DNA of 53,592 bases from a virus (Duplodnaviria > Caudoviricetes): IMG/VR virus record IMGVR_UViG_3300009788_000120, positions 1 to 53,592 of that record, one strand, 5' to 3'. A model generated the notes under the pieces. That model was not told the DNA's origin and ran no database searches. It saw only the letters and a list, made by a program, of their open reading frames with translations. How positions within the stretch are numbered: the first letter of the stretch is position 1; the number at the start of each line of letters is the position of its first letter. This document shows, piece after piece, positions 29,532 through 37,399 of the stretch. The position numbers were made by a program, and so were the translations under genes.

Positions 29532-30475
29532 GCACACCCAATCCGATCATCGGAGGCCTTCCGAACCACGTGGCCGAGGGGCTCTCCGAGGTGGTGATGT
29601 CCGCGAGCTCGGAAGCCAACGCGCGGACGTTGGTTGCGAATTTGCGCAACCCGGCGAGCCACCGGCCTTGGATCTCGGCCTCGAGCTCGCCGATCGCCGA
29701 CGCCTCTTTTCAGTGGCACTACGGCGGCGCCAGTCGCTCGGCCGATCACGTCGGGCTCTTCGGCGTCGACCTTCCTTTCGATTCCGATTTCCAGCTCGAG
29801 CTCTTTGGCGGTCAAACGGTGGACGTAGGTGATCCGGTCTACGACTCAACTCGACTCCCGACGTGGTATCCCTACTTCACGCCGGGGGCCGGTGGCGGGA
29901 CTCTTCCCTGGGGGCAGTTCATCTGGGGTGGTCGTGCTCCTCAAGACGTACTGCAAAACTTTCCGCGCAACATCCTGATCCCGCTACTCGCCGCCGACGG
30001 ACTGAGCTTGCAACCGATCCAGCACGCCTCGGGCCGCTTCACCTTTCGGACGGCCAATCCGGTGACCAGCCAGACCTACTGGCGGGTCAACTATCTCGAC
30101 GTCTCTGAGGCTTGGATGAGCTCTTGCCCCCCGGCCTGGGGTAGAGAGCGAAACGGTCGAGAATGGACATTGTCGGAACGCGGCCCTGCCGGTCACTTCA
30201 AATCAACGGCCAGGGGCTACTCGCCGGGACACAGCTTCGGCTTCAACTCCCTGACCTTGACCGAAAGCCTACATCGCGTCGAGCGTCTCAACGCAGCGAT
30301 CGGCACCGTATCGCCGCTCGTGTTGATCCTCGAGCCTCACCACCCGGAAAACTTCTGGCGTGACGCGGGGCTCTATCGGTTGAACAGCCTGATCAAGGCA
30401 TCGGTCCAACCGCGCTGGCGATTCGGCCGACCCGTCTGGAAAACCAACAAGCTACAAATGGAGGCTTGGTCATGA
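29528..30475 (+). CDS. distal tail/minor tail protein
   Basis: ATGA overlap; VANLRNP..RPW, VYDS, YWRV motifs; tail-tip position. Confidence 0.7.
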   Translation: MSTPNPIIGGLPNHVAEGLSEVVMSASSEANARTLVANLRNPASHRPWISASSSPIADASFQWHYGGASRSADHVGLFGVDLPFDSDFQLELFGGQTVDVGDPVYDSTRLPTWYPYFTPGAGGGTLPWGQFIWGGRAPQDVLQNFPRNILIPLLAADGLSLQPIQHASGRFTFRTANPVTSQTYWRVNYLDVSEAWMSSCPPAWGRERNGREWTLSERGPAGHFKSTARGYSPGHSFGFNSLTLTESLHRVERLNAAIGTVSPLVLILEPHHPENFWRDAGLYRLNSLIKASVQPRWRFGRPVWKTNKLQMEAWS

Positions 30476-31971
30476 GCTACTTCCGCACCAGCATCGCCTG
30501 CGCGTTTCTGCTACTCCTGCGCTTTTTCGTTGCACCTGCACCTGCGGTCGCGCAACTGTCCGCGACGCTCGAGAACAGCCAGGCTTCAGGGCCGTCCTTC
30601 TGCACCTACGCGGAGGCCAACTTCAGCGGCACGGCCTACGCGAGCACCGGCCCGTGCACCGGGTTTCTGCCCGCGATGCAGGACATGGCCCAGCATGTGG
30701 CCAACGCCTGGCGCGGGACGTCCCTGACAACTCACAGCTGCACGGCCACCTCTAAAGCCTTCACGCTGTCGAGCGGAGGCGCGGGTTTTGGGGCCGGAGC
30801 GCCGGCGCGCATAGTGGAGACGGCGGTTTCGACCGAGGTGATGGACGGCCAGATCACGGCCTGGGATCCGGTGGGCCTCATCGTGACGATCAACGTCACG
30901 GGCGTCAACTGCACCGGCTCGGCCGCCGATTGGCAAATCTACCTGGCGAGCTTCGAGAACGTCACGGTGTCGACGCCGGTCTCCATCGCCAACGGCGGCA
31001 CCGGCGCCACCGACGCGGCGACCGCGCGAACCAACCTCGGCGTGCTCAGCTCGCCGGTAGCGGTGGCCGACGGCGGCACCGGCGCCACCGACGCGGCGAC
31101 CGCGCGGACCAACCTCGGCGTGCCCTCAAACGAGGGCGGTGCCGTCTTCAACGACGCGGGCGGAGATTTCGACTTCAGAGTCGAAGGCGACACCCAGCCC
31201 AATCTGCTGGTCATAGACGGAGCACTCGAGGCGATCGGTATTGGAGAGATAGCTCCGGAGTCCCTGGTGCATATCAAAAAGGCCAGCGCCGGCGTTCACA
31301 CGCCCGTCGGCGGGACCGTCCTCTTGGTGGAAAGCGACATCAACGCTGCCATCGAGATCGCCACCGCGGACACGTTTGATTCGAGCGTCCGCTTCACCTC
31401 GACCGACGGCATCGGCGCGGAAGTCGTTTGGTCGGACAACACCGAAAGCTTCGATCTGATTACGAGAACCGCCGGCGCCAAGACCCGTTTCTACACGAGC
31501 ACCACGCTGCTCGCGATGACGATCGCGAGCGATCAGGAGGTGGGTGTAGGCGTTATCTCACCGGCGAGCAGACTTGATGTCGCGGACACCTCGGTCGCCG
31601 ACAACGTCTTGTTGCTCACCGACGACTCCGGCACCTGCGAGGCTCAGCCGGCGACCGGCTCGCTCACCTGGAGCTGCTCCTCCGATCGAGCCCTCAAGAG
31701 CAACATCAGAGAAGCCGCGCCGGCCCTCGAGCGTCTGTCTCGATTCCGCGTTCGAGACTACGTCGAGCGGGCGACGGGTCTGCCTCAGACCGGGGTCATC
31801 GCCCAGGAGGTGGCGGTCGACGCACCGGACCATTTCGTCAAAAACGATTCCGGTCTCATGGCCTCGGCTCCGAACGCCTGGGTTCTGATCAAAGCGATTC
31901 AAGAGCTTCAGGCCGAGGTCGTTGCCCAGGCGGCTCTGATCGGCGATCTCCAGAGGAGAGTCGAGAGATGA
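30472..31971 (+). CDS. tail-fibre-like protein with C-terminal peptidase S74 intramolecular chaperone and N-terminal signal peptide
   Basis: MSYFRTSIACAFLLLLRFFVAPAPAVA|QL; 2x GGTGATDAATARTNLG; SSDRALKSNI...GVIAQEV...LIKAIQEL. Confidence 0.85.
   Translation: MSYFRTSIACAFLLLLRFFVAPAPAVAQLSATLENSQASGPSFCTYAEANFSGTAYASTGPCTGFLPAMQDMAQHVANAWRGTSLTTHSCTATSKAFTLSSGGAGFGAGAPARIVETAVSTEVMDGQITAWDPVGLIVTINVTGVNCTGSAADWQIYLASFENVTVSTPVSIANGGTGATDAATARTNLGVLSSPVAVADGGTGATDAATARTNLGVPSNEGGAVFNDAGGDFDFRVEGDTQPNLLVIDGALEAIGIGEIAPESLVHIKKASAGVHTPVGGTVLLVESDINAAIEIATADTFDSSVRFTSTDGIGAEVVWSDNTESFDLITRTAGAKTRFYTSTTLLAMTIASDQEVGVGVISPASRLDVADTSVADNVLLLTDDSGTCEAQPATGSLTWSCSSDRALKSNIREAAPALERLSRFRVRDYVERATGLPQTGVIAQEVAVDAPDHFVKNDSGLMASAPNAWVLIKAIQELQAEVVAQAALIGDLQRRVER
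30992..31123 (+). repeat. two 54-bp direct repeats, 78-bp period (GGTGATDAATARTNLGV)
   Basis: 30992-31045 and 31070-31123 differ at one base. Confidence 0.9.
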
Positions 31972-33002
31972 GAGCCTCGGCCGCGGCGCTCGCCGCGTCG
32001 ATCTTCTTGGCTTCCGTCGCCGGCGCCGAGACCTACCGGGCCTATGACATCGAGCTCTATCGATCCACCCAGCCGTCGACCGCCGAGCCCTGGGTCTGGC
32101 TGGCCAAGACCGGCGGCGATGTCGCGGCCTACGGCAAGGCCAAGGGCAAGACGAGCGCGACGGCCGCGGCCAAAGACGCGATCGACATCGTCCTGGATGA
32201 GACCCACGTCGGGGTCGGAGACGACCTCGGAGACCACACTGCCACCACCAACATTCTGCTCAACGGAGAATGGCTTTCTGGCGACGGCGGCGACGAAGGG
32301 GTTTTCGTCGACTCAGCCGGCAACGTCGGCATCGGTACCTCCACCCCCCAGTCGAAGGAAGACGTAGAGGGCGGCCTCGCTGTTGGTGCCACTTACTCCG
32401 GCACCACGGCGGCACCGACGAACGGGGTGATCGTCGAGGGGCGCGCAGGCTTTGGATCTAATGCGCCCGAAACCAACGTGCACATCTCTGAGAGCAACTT
32501 GAACACCAAGCCAGCGCTAGAGATCGAGCAGCTCTCAACGGGCGACGCCGCGTTCCAGCTCTCGATCGCCGGCGACGCTTGGGCCTTTGGAATCGACAAC
32601 TCGGACTCGGACGACAGCCTCAAGCTTTGCTACGCCGCGGCCGCAGGGACCGCCATCCTCGGGACGGGCTGCTTTCTCGACATCGCGCCTAACGGGCAGG
32701 TCGGATTCGGAGCCGCTGGGACGTTTCGGCTCGAGGCCAAGGGGACGCTGGGCGGCGGCTACTTTGGTCTGACCAACTCGACCTCGGGAGACGTCTTCAA
32801 AGTAGACGGCTCCGGACAGGTCAGCATCGGAACGATCACCGCCTCGGCAAACCTCGACGTTGACCAGGGGACCGGTCGCGGTATCATCGAAATCGACGGC
32901 TCGACCGGTGGCTGCCTCAAAATTCGCGACACCGACGATGCCGGTTTCACATACTGCACCGCCCTCAATGGAGTCCTATCGTGCTCAACATCCGCTTGCT
33001 GA
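31968..33002 (+). CDS. signal-peptide-bearing fibre protein with GNVGIGT repeats
   Basis: MRASAAALAASIFLASVAGA|ET; GNVGIGT, GQVGFG, GQVSIGT; Cys-rich C-terminal tip. Confidence 0.8.
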   Translation: MRASAAALAASIFLASVAGAETYRAYDIELYRSTQPSTAEPWVWLAKTGGDVAAYGKAKGKTSATAAAKDAIDIVLDETHVGVGDDLGDHTATTNILLNGEWLSGDGGDEGVFVDSAGNVGIGTSTPQSKEDVEGGLAVGATYSGTTAAPTNGVIVEGRAGFGSNAPETNVHISESNLNTKPALEIEQLSTGDAAFQLSIAGDAWAFGIDNSDSDDSLKLCYAAAAGTAILGTGCFLDIAPNGQVGFGAAGTFRLEAKGTLGGGYFGLTNSTSGDVFKVDGSGQVSIGTITASANLDVDQGTGRGIIEIDGSTGGCLKIRDTDDAGFTYCTALNGVLSCSTSAC

Positions 33003-33538
33003 CCGTCTCGATCCTCTTGGCATCGCCCGCGGCCGCCGACCCGTGCTGCATCGTCAACCGCCCGGCTATGGTCATGGCGACGAGCTCGAGCCTATTGCTG
33101 CCGGAGCACCCGGTGGTTGATTGTCGAGCCTCTTCCTGTGACATCGACCTACCGCCGCAGTGGGAAGGCCTCGACTGGACCATCGGTGCTCTTTGTCGGC
33201 CGCTGTCCGCCGCCGACGACTGCGACCCGGCGCAGGTCGAAGCTGTCGAGGATTCCGATCCGACAGCCAAACGAATCGGCTGCTGCAACTGCGCTGAGCC
33301 GGATCCCGGCGACCCCGGCTGCGCTCCTTGTGAGGAGGGAGAGGTGCGCGATGTCGATTGTTTCCCATGCACCGTGGTTGCGATCTGCGGGCGTTGCAAC
33401 CCGCAGGGCACTCCGCCTACGGCCGAGGTCTTCGTTTTCTGCCCACCGACGCAAACGCAGGCCGCGGTCTCTCCCCAGCTGCCGGTCGAGACTCTTGCCG
33501 TTTGGAGGCAAGATCAAGATCTGAAGGCAAGGTATTGA
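32981..33538 (+). CDS. Cys-rich exported protein (16 Cys)
   Basis: MLNIRLLTVSILLASPAAA|DP. Confidence 0.7.
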   Translation: MLNIRLLTVSILLASPAAADPCCIVNRPAMVMATSSSLLLPEHPVVDCRASSCDIDLPPQWEGLDWTIGALCRPLSAADDCDPAQVEAVEDSDPTAKRIGCCNCAEPDPGDPGCAPCEEGEVRDVDCFPCTVVAICGRCNPQGTPPTAEVFVFCPPTQTQAAVSPQLPVETLAVWRQDQDLKARY

Positions 33539-33960
33539 ACGACGAGCACCCGGAGATTGCTGCCCTAGATCGCGTCGAGAAATCCTTCCGGGAGGCGGCA
33601 GACAGAAGCGTCCGCAAGGTCGAAGAGCTGAGAAAACACTTCGACGAGGAGCGCCTGCGAGCAGAGGAGCGCGAGGAGACTCGACTCGAGAAGCTCGAGG
33701 ATCGCTGGTCAGAACGTGACAAGGAGCTGCGAGGGGACTTCTCGCGCCTGTCAGAGCGAGTCTCGGAGGCGTTGGCCAACAAGGAGGTCATCGCCCGAAC
33801 GCTCGCTGTGTTGACCAAAATCGTGAAAGCGATGGAGGATCTGGGCTCCGTGAAGGAGAAGGTCGCGACCCACGACTGGCTGCTCAAATTCCTTTTGCTG
33901 GCGATCACCCTGGCAGCTCTTGCCCAGGGGCTAGCGCGCATCTATTTCACGAAACCTTGA
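33535..33960 (+). CDS. coiled-coil protein with C-terminal TM helix (holin-like/lysis-associated)
   Basis: TTGA overlap; charged coiled coil, then WLLKFLLLAITLAALAQGL. Confidence 0.6.
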   Translation: MNDEHPEIAALDRVEKSFREAADRSVRKVEELRKHFDEERLRAEEREETRLEKLEDRWSERDKELRGDFSRLSERVSEALANKEVIARTLAVLTKIVKAMEDLGSVKEKVATHDWLLKFLLLAITLAALAQGLARIYFTKP

Positions 33961-33969
33961 GGAGAGGCC

Positions 33970-34473
33970 ATGTCCGAGAAGCTAGGGACGGTCCAGAACA
34001 TTCGGAAAGCGCTCAATGGCAGCACGGCGAAGCTGATCTCAATCGCCTTAATCGCTGTTCTGGGCGGCGGGCTTGGCGTCGACGCCGCCAACGACTGGCG
34101 CCTGGAAATGGTCGAGAGGGTCAAAGGGCTAGAGGACGCCCGCGAAACTGACGCGGTGATCATCAAAGATCTGAAGACGTGGCGCGACAACTGGATCAAG
34201 AGCGGCGCGCTCCCTATGGACGATGATCAGAACGAGGCGATCTTGGAGCTTCAGGCCCATGCCGAGGTCGGCACGCGGTTCACCGGCGAAGACGCCCTCG
34301 TCACCGCGCCCTGCATCATCACCAGCGCCAAGGCCGTGCGTCGCATCATGCTGGATCGTCGCTCAGGGTCTCAGGAGCACCACCAGGACATTCTCGAGAG
34401 CCTGAACCGCTGCATCGCTGTTGTCGAGGATCAGTTGGTTCAGTTACGGCGCCGGCGGGTCGGCGTACCTTGA
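33970..34473 (+). CDS. single-TM membrane protein
   Basis: GAGGAGAGG RBS; LISIALIAVLGGGLGV. Confidence 0.7.
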   Translation: MSEKLGTVQNIRKALNGSTAKLISIALIAVLGGGLGVDAANDWRLEMVERVKGLEDARETDAVIIKDLKTWRDNWIKSGALPMDDDQNEAILELQAHAEVGTRFTGEDALVTAPCIITSAKAVRRIMLDRRSGSQEHHQDILESLNRCIAVVEDQLVQLRRRRVGVP

Positions 34474-34498
34474 GGCGAAGTGCTAAGATGATTCCGCT

Positions 34499-34681
34499 AT
34501 GGCAAAGAGCTTCCTTTCGTTGGATGAACGGATCCGAGGACTGCTCAAGAGAGTCCGAGGCGGGCTGGATATCAACGAGGCCCTGATCGAGCTCGAGCGC
34601 CTAGTTGAAGACGAGAGGAAGCGCCGGCGTCAGACCGCGCGGCTGCTGCGCATCGCAGCCCTGACAGCCCGATTCCCGTGA
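34499..34681 (+). CDS. small hypothetical protein
   Basis: Preceded by TGCTAAGAT extended -10-like element; coupled to next gene. Confidence 0.55.
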   Translation: MAKSFLSLDERIRGLLKRVRGGLDINEALIELERLVEDERKRRRQTARLLRIAALTARFP

Positions 34682-35238
34682 AAACCTTCACTCTCTGCGT
34701 CGCATCTCTGGCCGCCGCGGGAATAATCTGCGCGGTGATCGCCGGCGACCTCGAGCGGACAAACGAGGCGGGCGTGCCCCGATTCGTGCCGGCGATCTTC
34801 GGATCCCTGGCCCTGCTCCTGATCTCCGCGGGCTTCTGGCGATGTCGTCGCGGCTGCGCTCGACCTCTCGCCGGTCTCTACGAGGTTCTGGCCGCGGCCT
34901 ACGCGACCGGCGCGGCGCTCGGCGGACGGGTCGGACTCCAAGCGCTGCTCGACGTTCATCTTCCTGTGATCGCGCCGCTGGCGATCGCCGCCGGCGCGGC
35001 GCTCTACGTGCTGACGCGATTGGCTCGAAGCGGCCCGTCGAGGGCGATCAGGGCGACAGCCGGAGCCTCGGCCCTCTCGCTGCTCGCGGTTCTGGCCGCG
35101 ATCTTCGCCGGGCCGCCTTCATCGGCGCCGGCGGCCGCGGTCTTGGCCGCGATCATTTGGGCCTCGGTGGCCTCGATGACCGGGTTGCTCCTCGCGGCCT
35201 TGCCGCGTGCTAGAGTGGCTGAAAGGAGATCAACATGA
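34678..35238 (+). CDS. polytopic membrane protein (about 6 TM)
   Basis: Several hydrophobic segments; coupled at both ends. Confidence 0.7.
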   Translation: MKTFTLCVASLAAAGIICAVIAGDLERTNEAGVPRFVPAIFGSLALLLISAGFWRCRRGCARPLAGLYEVLAAAYATGAALGGRVGLQALLDVHLPVIAPLAIAAGAALYVLTRLARSGPSRAIRATAGASALSLLAVLAAIFAGPPSSAPAAAVLAAIIWASVASMTGLLLAALPRARVAERRST

Positions 35239-35606
35239 CGCCAGAAATCGCCGCAATCATCCTCGCCGCCGCCGTCGGCCTCTACCGGAAAATCGATTGG
35301 CAAAAGGAGGATACAGCCGGTTGGATCCTGAGATGGTGCCAGTCCGGAATACGGCCTTTGCTACTCAAGTATCCGGGCCTCGACGCTTTCAATGCACCGA
35401 GCGGCGTGGAGGCGGTCGCCGACCTCGAGCGACAACTGCTCAGGGTGGTTCCCGAGTTGGTAAAGGTGGATGCGCGCGTCAAGGTCGCCGATCTGGAGGA
35501 GTTCAACGCCGTGCTCAGAAAGAGCTCCACCTGGCTCTGCGAAGACAATTTGACGGCTGACGATCCCCGAGCGCCGGCCCTCAGAGCCGCGGGCCTGATC
35601 GAGTAG
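35235..35606 (+). CDS. hypothetical protein with N-terminal hydrophobic segment
   Basis: AAAGGAG RBS; ATGA overlap. Confidence 0.7.
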   Translation: MTPEIAAIILAAAVGLYRKIDWQKEDTAGWILRWCQSGIRPLLLKYPGLDAFNAPSGVEAVADLERQLLRVVPELVKVDARVKVADLEEFNAVLRKSSTWLCEDNLTADDPRAPALRAAGLIE

Positions 35607-35615
35607 GGGGTCCAG

Positions 35616-35972
35616 CTAATTTCTCGCTGGGCTCGAGAGTAGAATACGTTGCTTCTTTTCTCGGTAGCCGCCCTTCGCCGCCTGCCGCATTCTCTCTCCC
35701 GATTCCTCCTCAATCAGCCGCAGCTCCTCGCATGCGAGGCACTCGCGGCCAGAATTCCGGCACTTTCCCCGGCAGTATCCAACGTCCTCTTCGGATTCGA
35801 GCCCTTGGACTTCGTCGACCAAGCGAGCCGTTTCGAGGTAACGAGCGCGGCTCATCTTGCAGCGCGATGCCGCCGCGTCCACCCAGTCGGTCGGCGAAAC
35901 CAAGCCGCAAGCTATGCACCACCAGCCGCCGTGTGTGCCGTATCTGGGGATCATTGATCCGCAGGAGCACAT
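35616..35972 (-). CDS. Cys-rich (zinc-finger-like) hypothetical protein
   Basis: AGGAAGGAG RBS; CSCG...CIAC and C..KC....CLAC. Confidence 0.6.
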   Translation of the reverse strand: MCSCGSMIPRYGTHGGWWCIACGLVSPTDWVDAAASRCKMSRARYLETARLVDEVQGLESEEDVGYCRGKCRNSGRECLACEELRLIEEESGERMRQAAKGGYREKKQRILLSSPARN

Positions 35973-36003
35973 GGCTCTCCTTCCTCGAGCTTGCAGTGAA
36001 AGA

Positions 36004-36477
36004 TCATCGTCTCGGCAACTCGATGTAGGAATGGATCGGCGGGCCGGGCCGCGAGTCGAAGATGACGATCGCCGTCCCCCTGAAGAAAGAGCGCCCGAGC
36101 TCTTTTCCCTCCGCGGATCGGAACCAGACCCGGCCCTGGAGGAAACGGATCTCGGAGGCGCCGGCCGCCACCTCGCGATGCCACCATCCGGTTGACGGGT
36201 CGCTGGGTAGGACCATGACGACGGTCTCCCGCTCGAAGAGCCGGGCTCGCCGCGTCCAGGTCGGAAGGTCGGAGTAGGGAGGGTTGCAGAAGACGGGGCC
36301 GGGCGCCCAGGGCTCGAGCAGACCGTTATACCCGAGATCTCGAGCCAGGCCCCGGGGCGCGAGCTTGTTGCTCGATGTGCAGGCCGCATCGAGTCGGAAG
36401 TGGAATTCTGCGTCCAGGGCCCGGTATAGCCTCGGCGGCGTTCTGAACTCGTCGCCGTTGGGCTTGAGTTTCTTCAT
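36004..36477 (-). CDS. phage N6-adenine DNA methyltransferase (phage Dam family)
   Basis: DEFRTP, FRLDAAC, VFCNPPYS, EIRFLQGRVWF. Confidence 0.9.
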   Translation of the reverse strand: MKKLKPNGDEFRTPPRLYRALDAEFHFRLDAACTSSNKLAPRGLARDLGYNGLLEPWAPGPVFCNPPYSDLPTWTRRARLFERETVVMVLPSDPSTGWWHREVAAGASEIRFLQGRVWFRSAEGKELGRSFFRGTAIVIFDSRPGPPIHSYIELPRR

Positions 36478-36683
36478 TCGACGAATCCGATCTTGAGACT
36501 CTCGCTCCCGGCCATCGGCTCGACGGAGGTGGCCTCGATCCAATCGAAGTGGCAGACGCCGCCGTCCCAATGCTCGACAAAGTAGCGCGCGGTCGGCCCG
36601 GATCGAATCTCTACCGCGACCACAGCGGCCTCAATCTCTCCGAGGACCAATCGGACTCTCGACCCGGGCGCGATGACTTTCAT
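36474..36683 (-). CDS. small hypothetical protein
   Basis: Coupled overlaps; SH3-like, ends KIGF. Confidence 0.65.
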   Translation of the reverse strand: MKVIAPGSRVRLVLGEIEAAVVAVEIRSGPTARYFVEHWDGGVCHFDWIEATSVEPMAGSESLKIGFVE

Positions 36684-37399
36684 GACGGTCGCCTGACGCC
36701 GGCGAGGCCTGTGGCCCTCAGATCACTCGATACCGTTGCCAGGGAGGCGCCGACGTCGGCGACGATGGCCTTCAGGTCCCAATGCTCGCCCGCTAGCCAT
36801 CTCATCCGGAGCTCGGCGACCCGAGCCCGTCGGGCTCGTCGAGCCGAAGCCGCCGGGTTGTCGGTCTCCCAGGCTTGCCGCTTTGTAGCCTCGGAGGCTC
36901 CTACAGCGGCCTCCGGAGCTCGGAGTCGAACGAAATTCCTCGACACGTCGAGCCTTCGCGCTATGGCCCGCACGCTGAGCTTCTGTGACGCGAGCTCGTG
37001 CGCCCGAACGGCGAGCCCGTCATAGTCTTTGCCGTTTCTTCGCGCATTCATGATCTCGTCGGCTCGGCTCTTATCGCGGAGCACGCCGCGCCGGCGAAGG
37101 TGCACGTTGACCCATTCTTGCGACGGCGCCGGGTCTCCGGGATGAAGCTCTTTGAGCCTGGCGACGACTCCCCGACAGCTGAGCTGCTCGTCGACGTACA
37201 GCCGCTCCGCCTCGGAAACAAGACGCACCGTGTAGGTTGGGCAGGTTCCCATGTGCCCGGCCTCGCAAAGTCTCTTGTATGCCCATGTTTTCCCGACGTG
37301 GCCGGCGGCCGCGGCCCGCGACAGGGAGCGGCTTCGCTCATACTCTCGCAGCACTCGAGACCTGTGCCAGGCTCCGTATCGACGACGTCGACCCATCAC
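36680..37399 (-). CDS. multi-HTH DNA-binding protein
   Basis: SLSRAAAAGHVGKTWAYKRL, LSVRAIARRLDVSRNFV, LKAIVADVGASLATVSSDL. Confidence 0.7.
   Translation of the reverse strand: MMGRRRRYGAWHRSRVLREYERSRSLSRAAAAGHVGKTWAYKRLCEAGHMGTCPTYTVRLVSEAERLYVDEQLSCRGVVARLKELHPGDPAPSQEWVNVHLRRRGVLRDKSRADEIMNARRNGKDYDGLAVRAHELASQKLSVRAIARRLDVSRNFVRLRAPEAAVGASEATKRQAWETDNPAASARRARRARVAELRMRWLAGEHWDLKAIVADVGASLATVSSDLRATGLAGVRRPS

Noticed and set aside
30992-31123. Near-identical direct repeats as DGR TR/VR or shufflon sites
   Set aside because: Both copies are in-frame fibre repeats with one synonymous difference; no RT or invertase.
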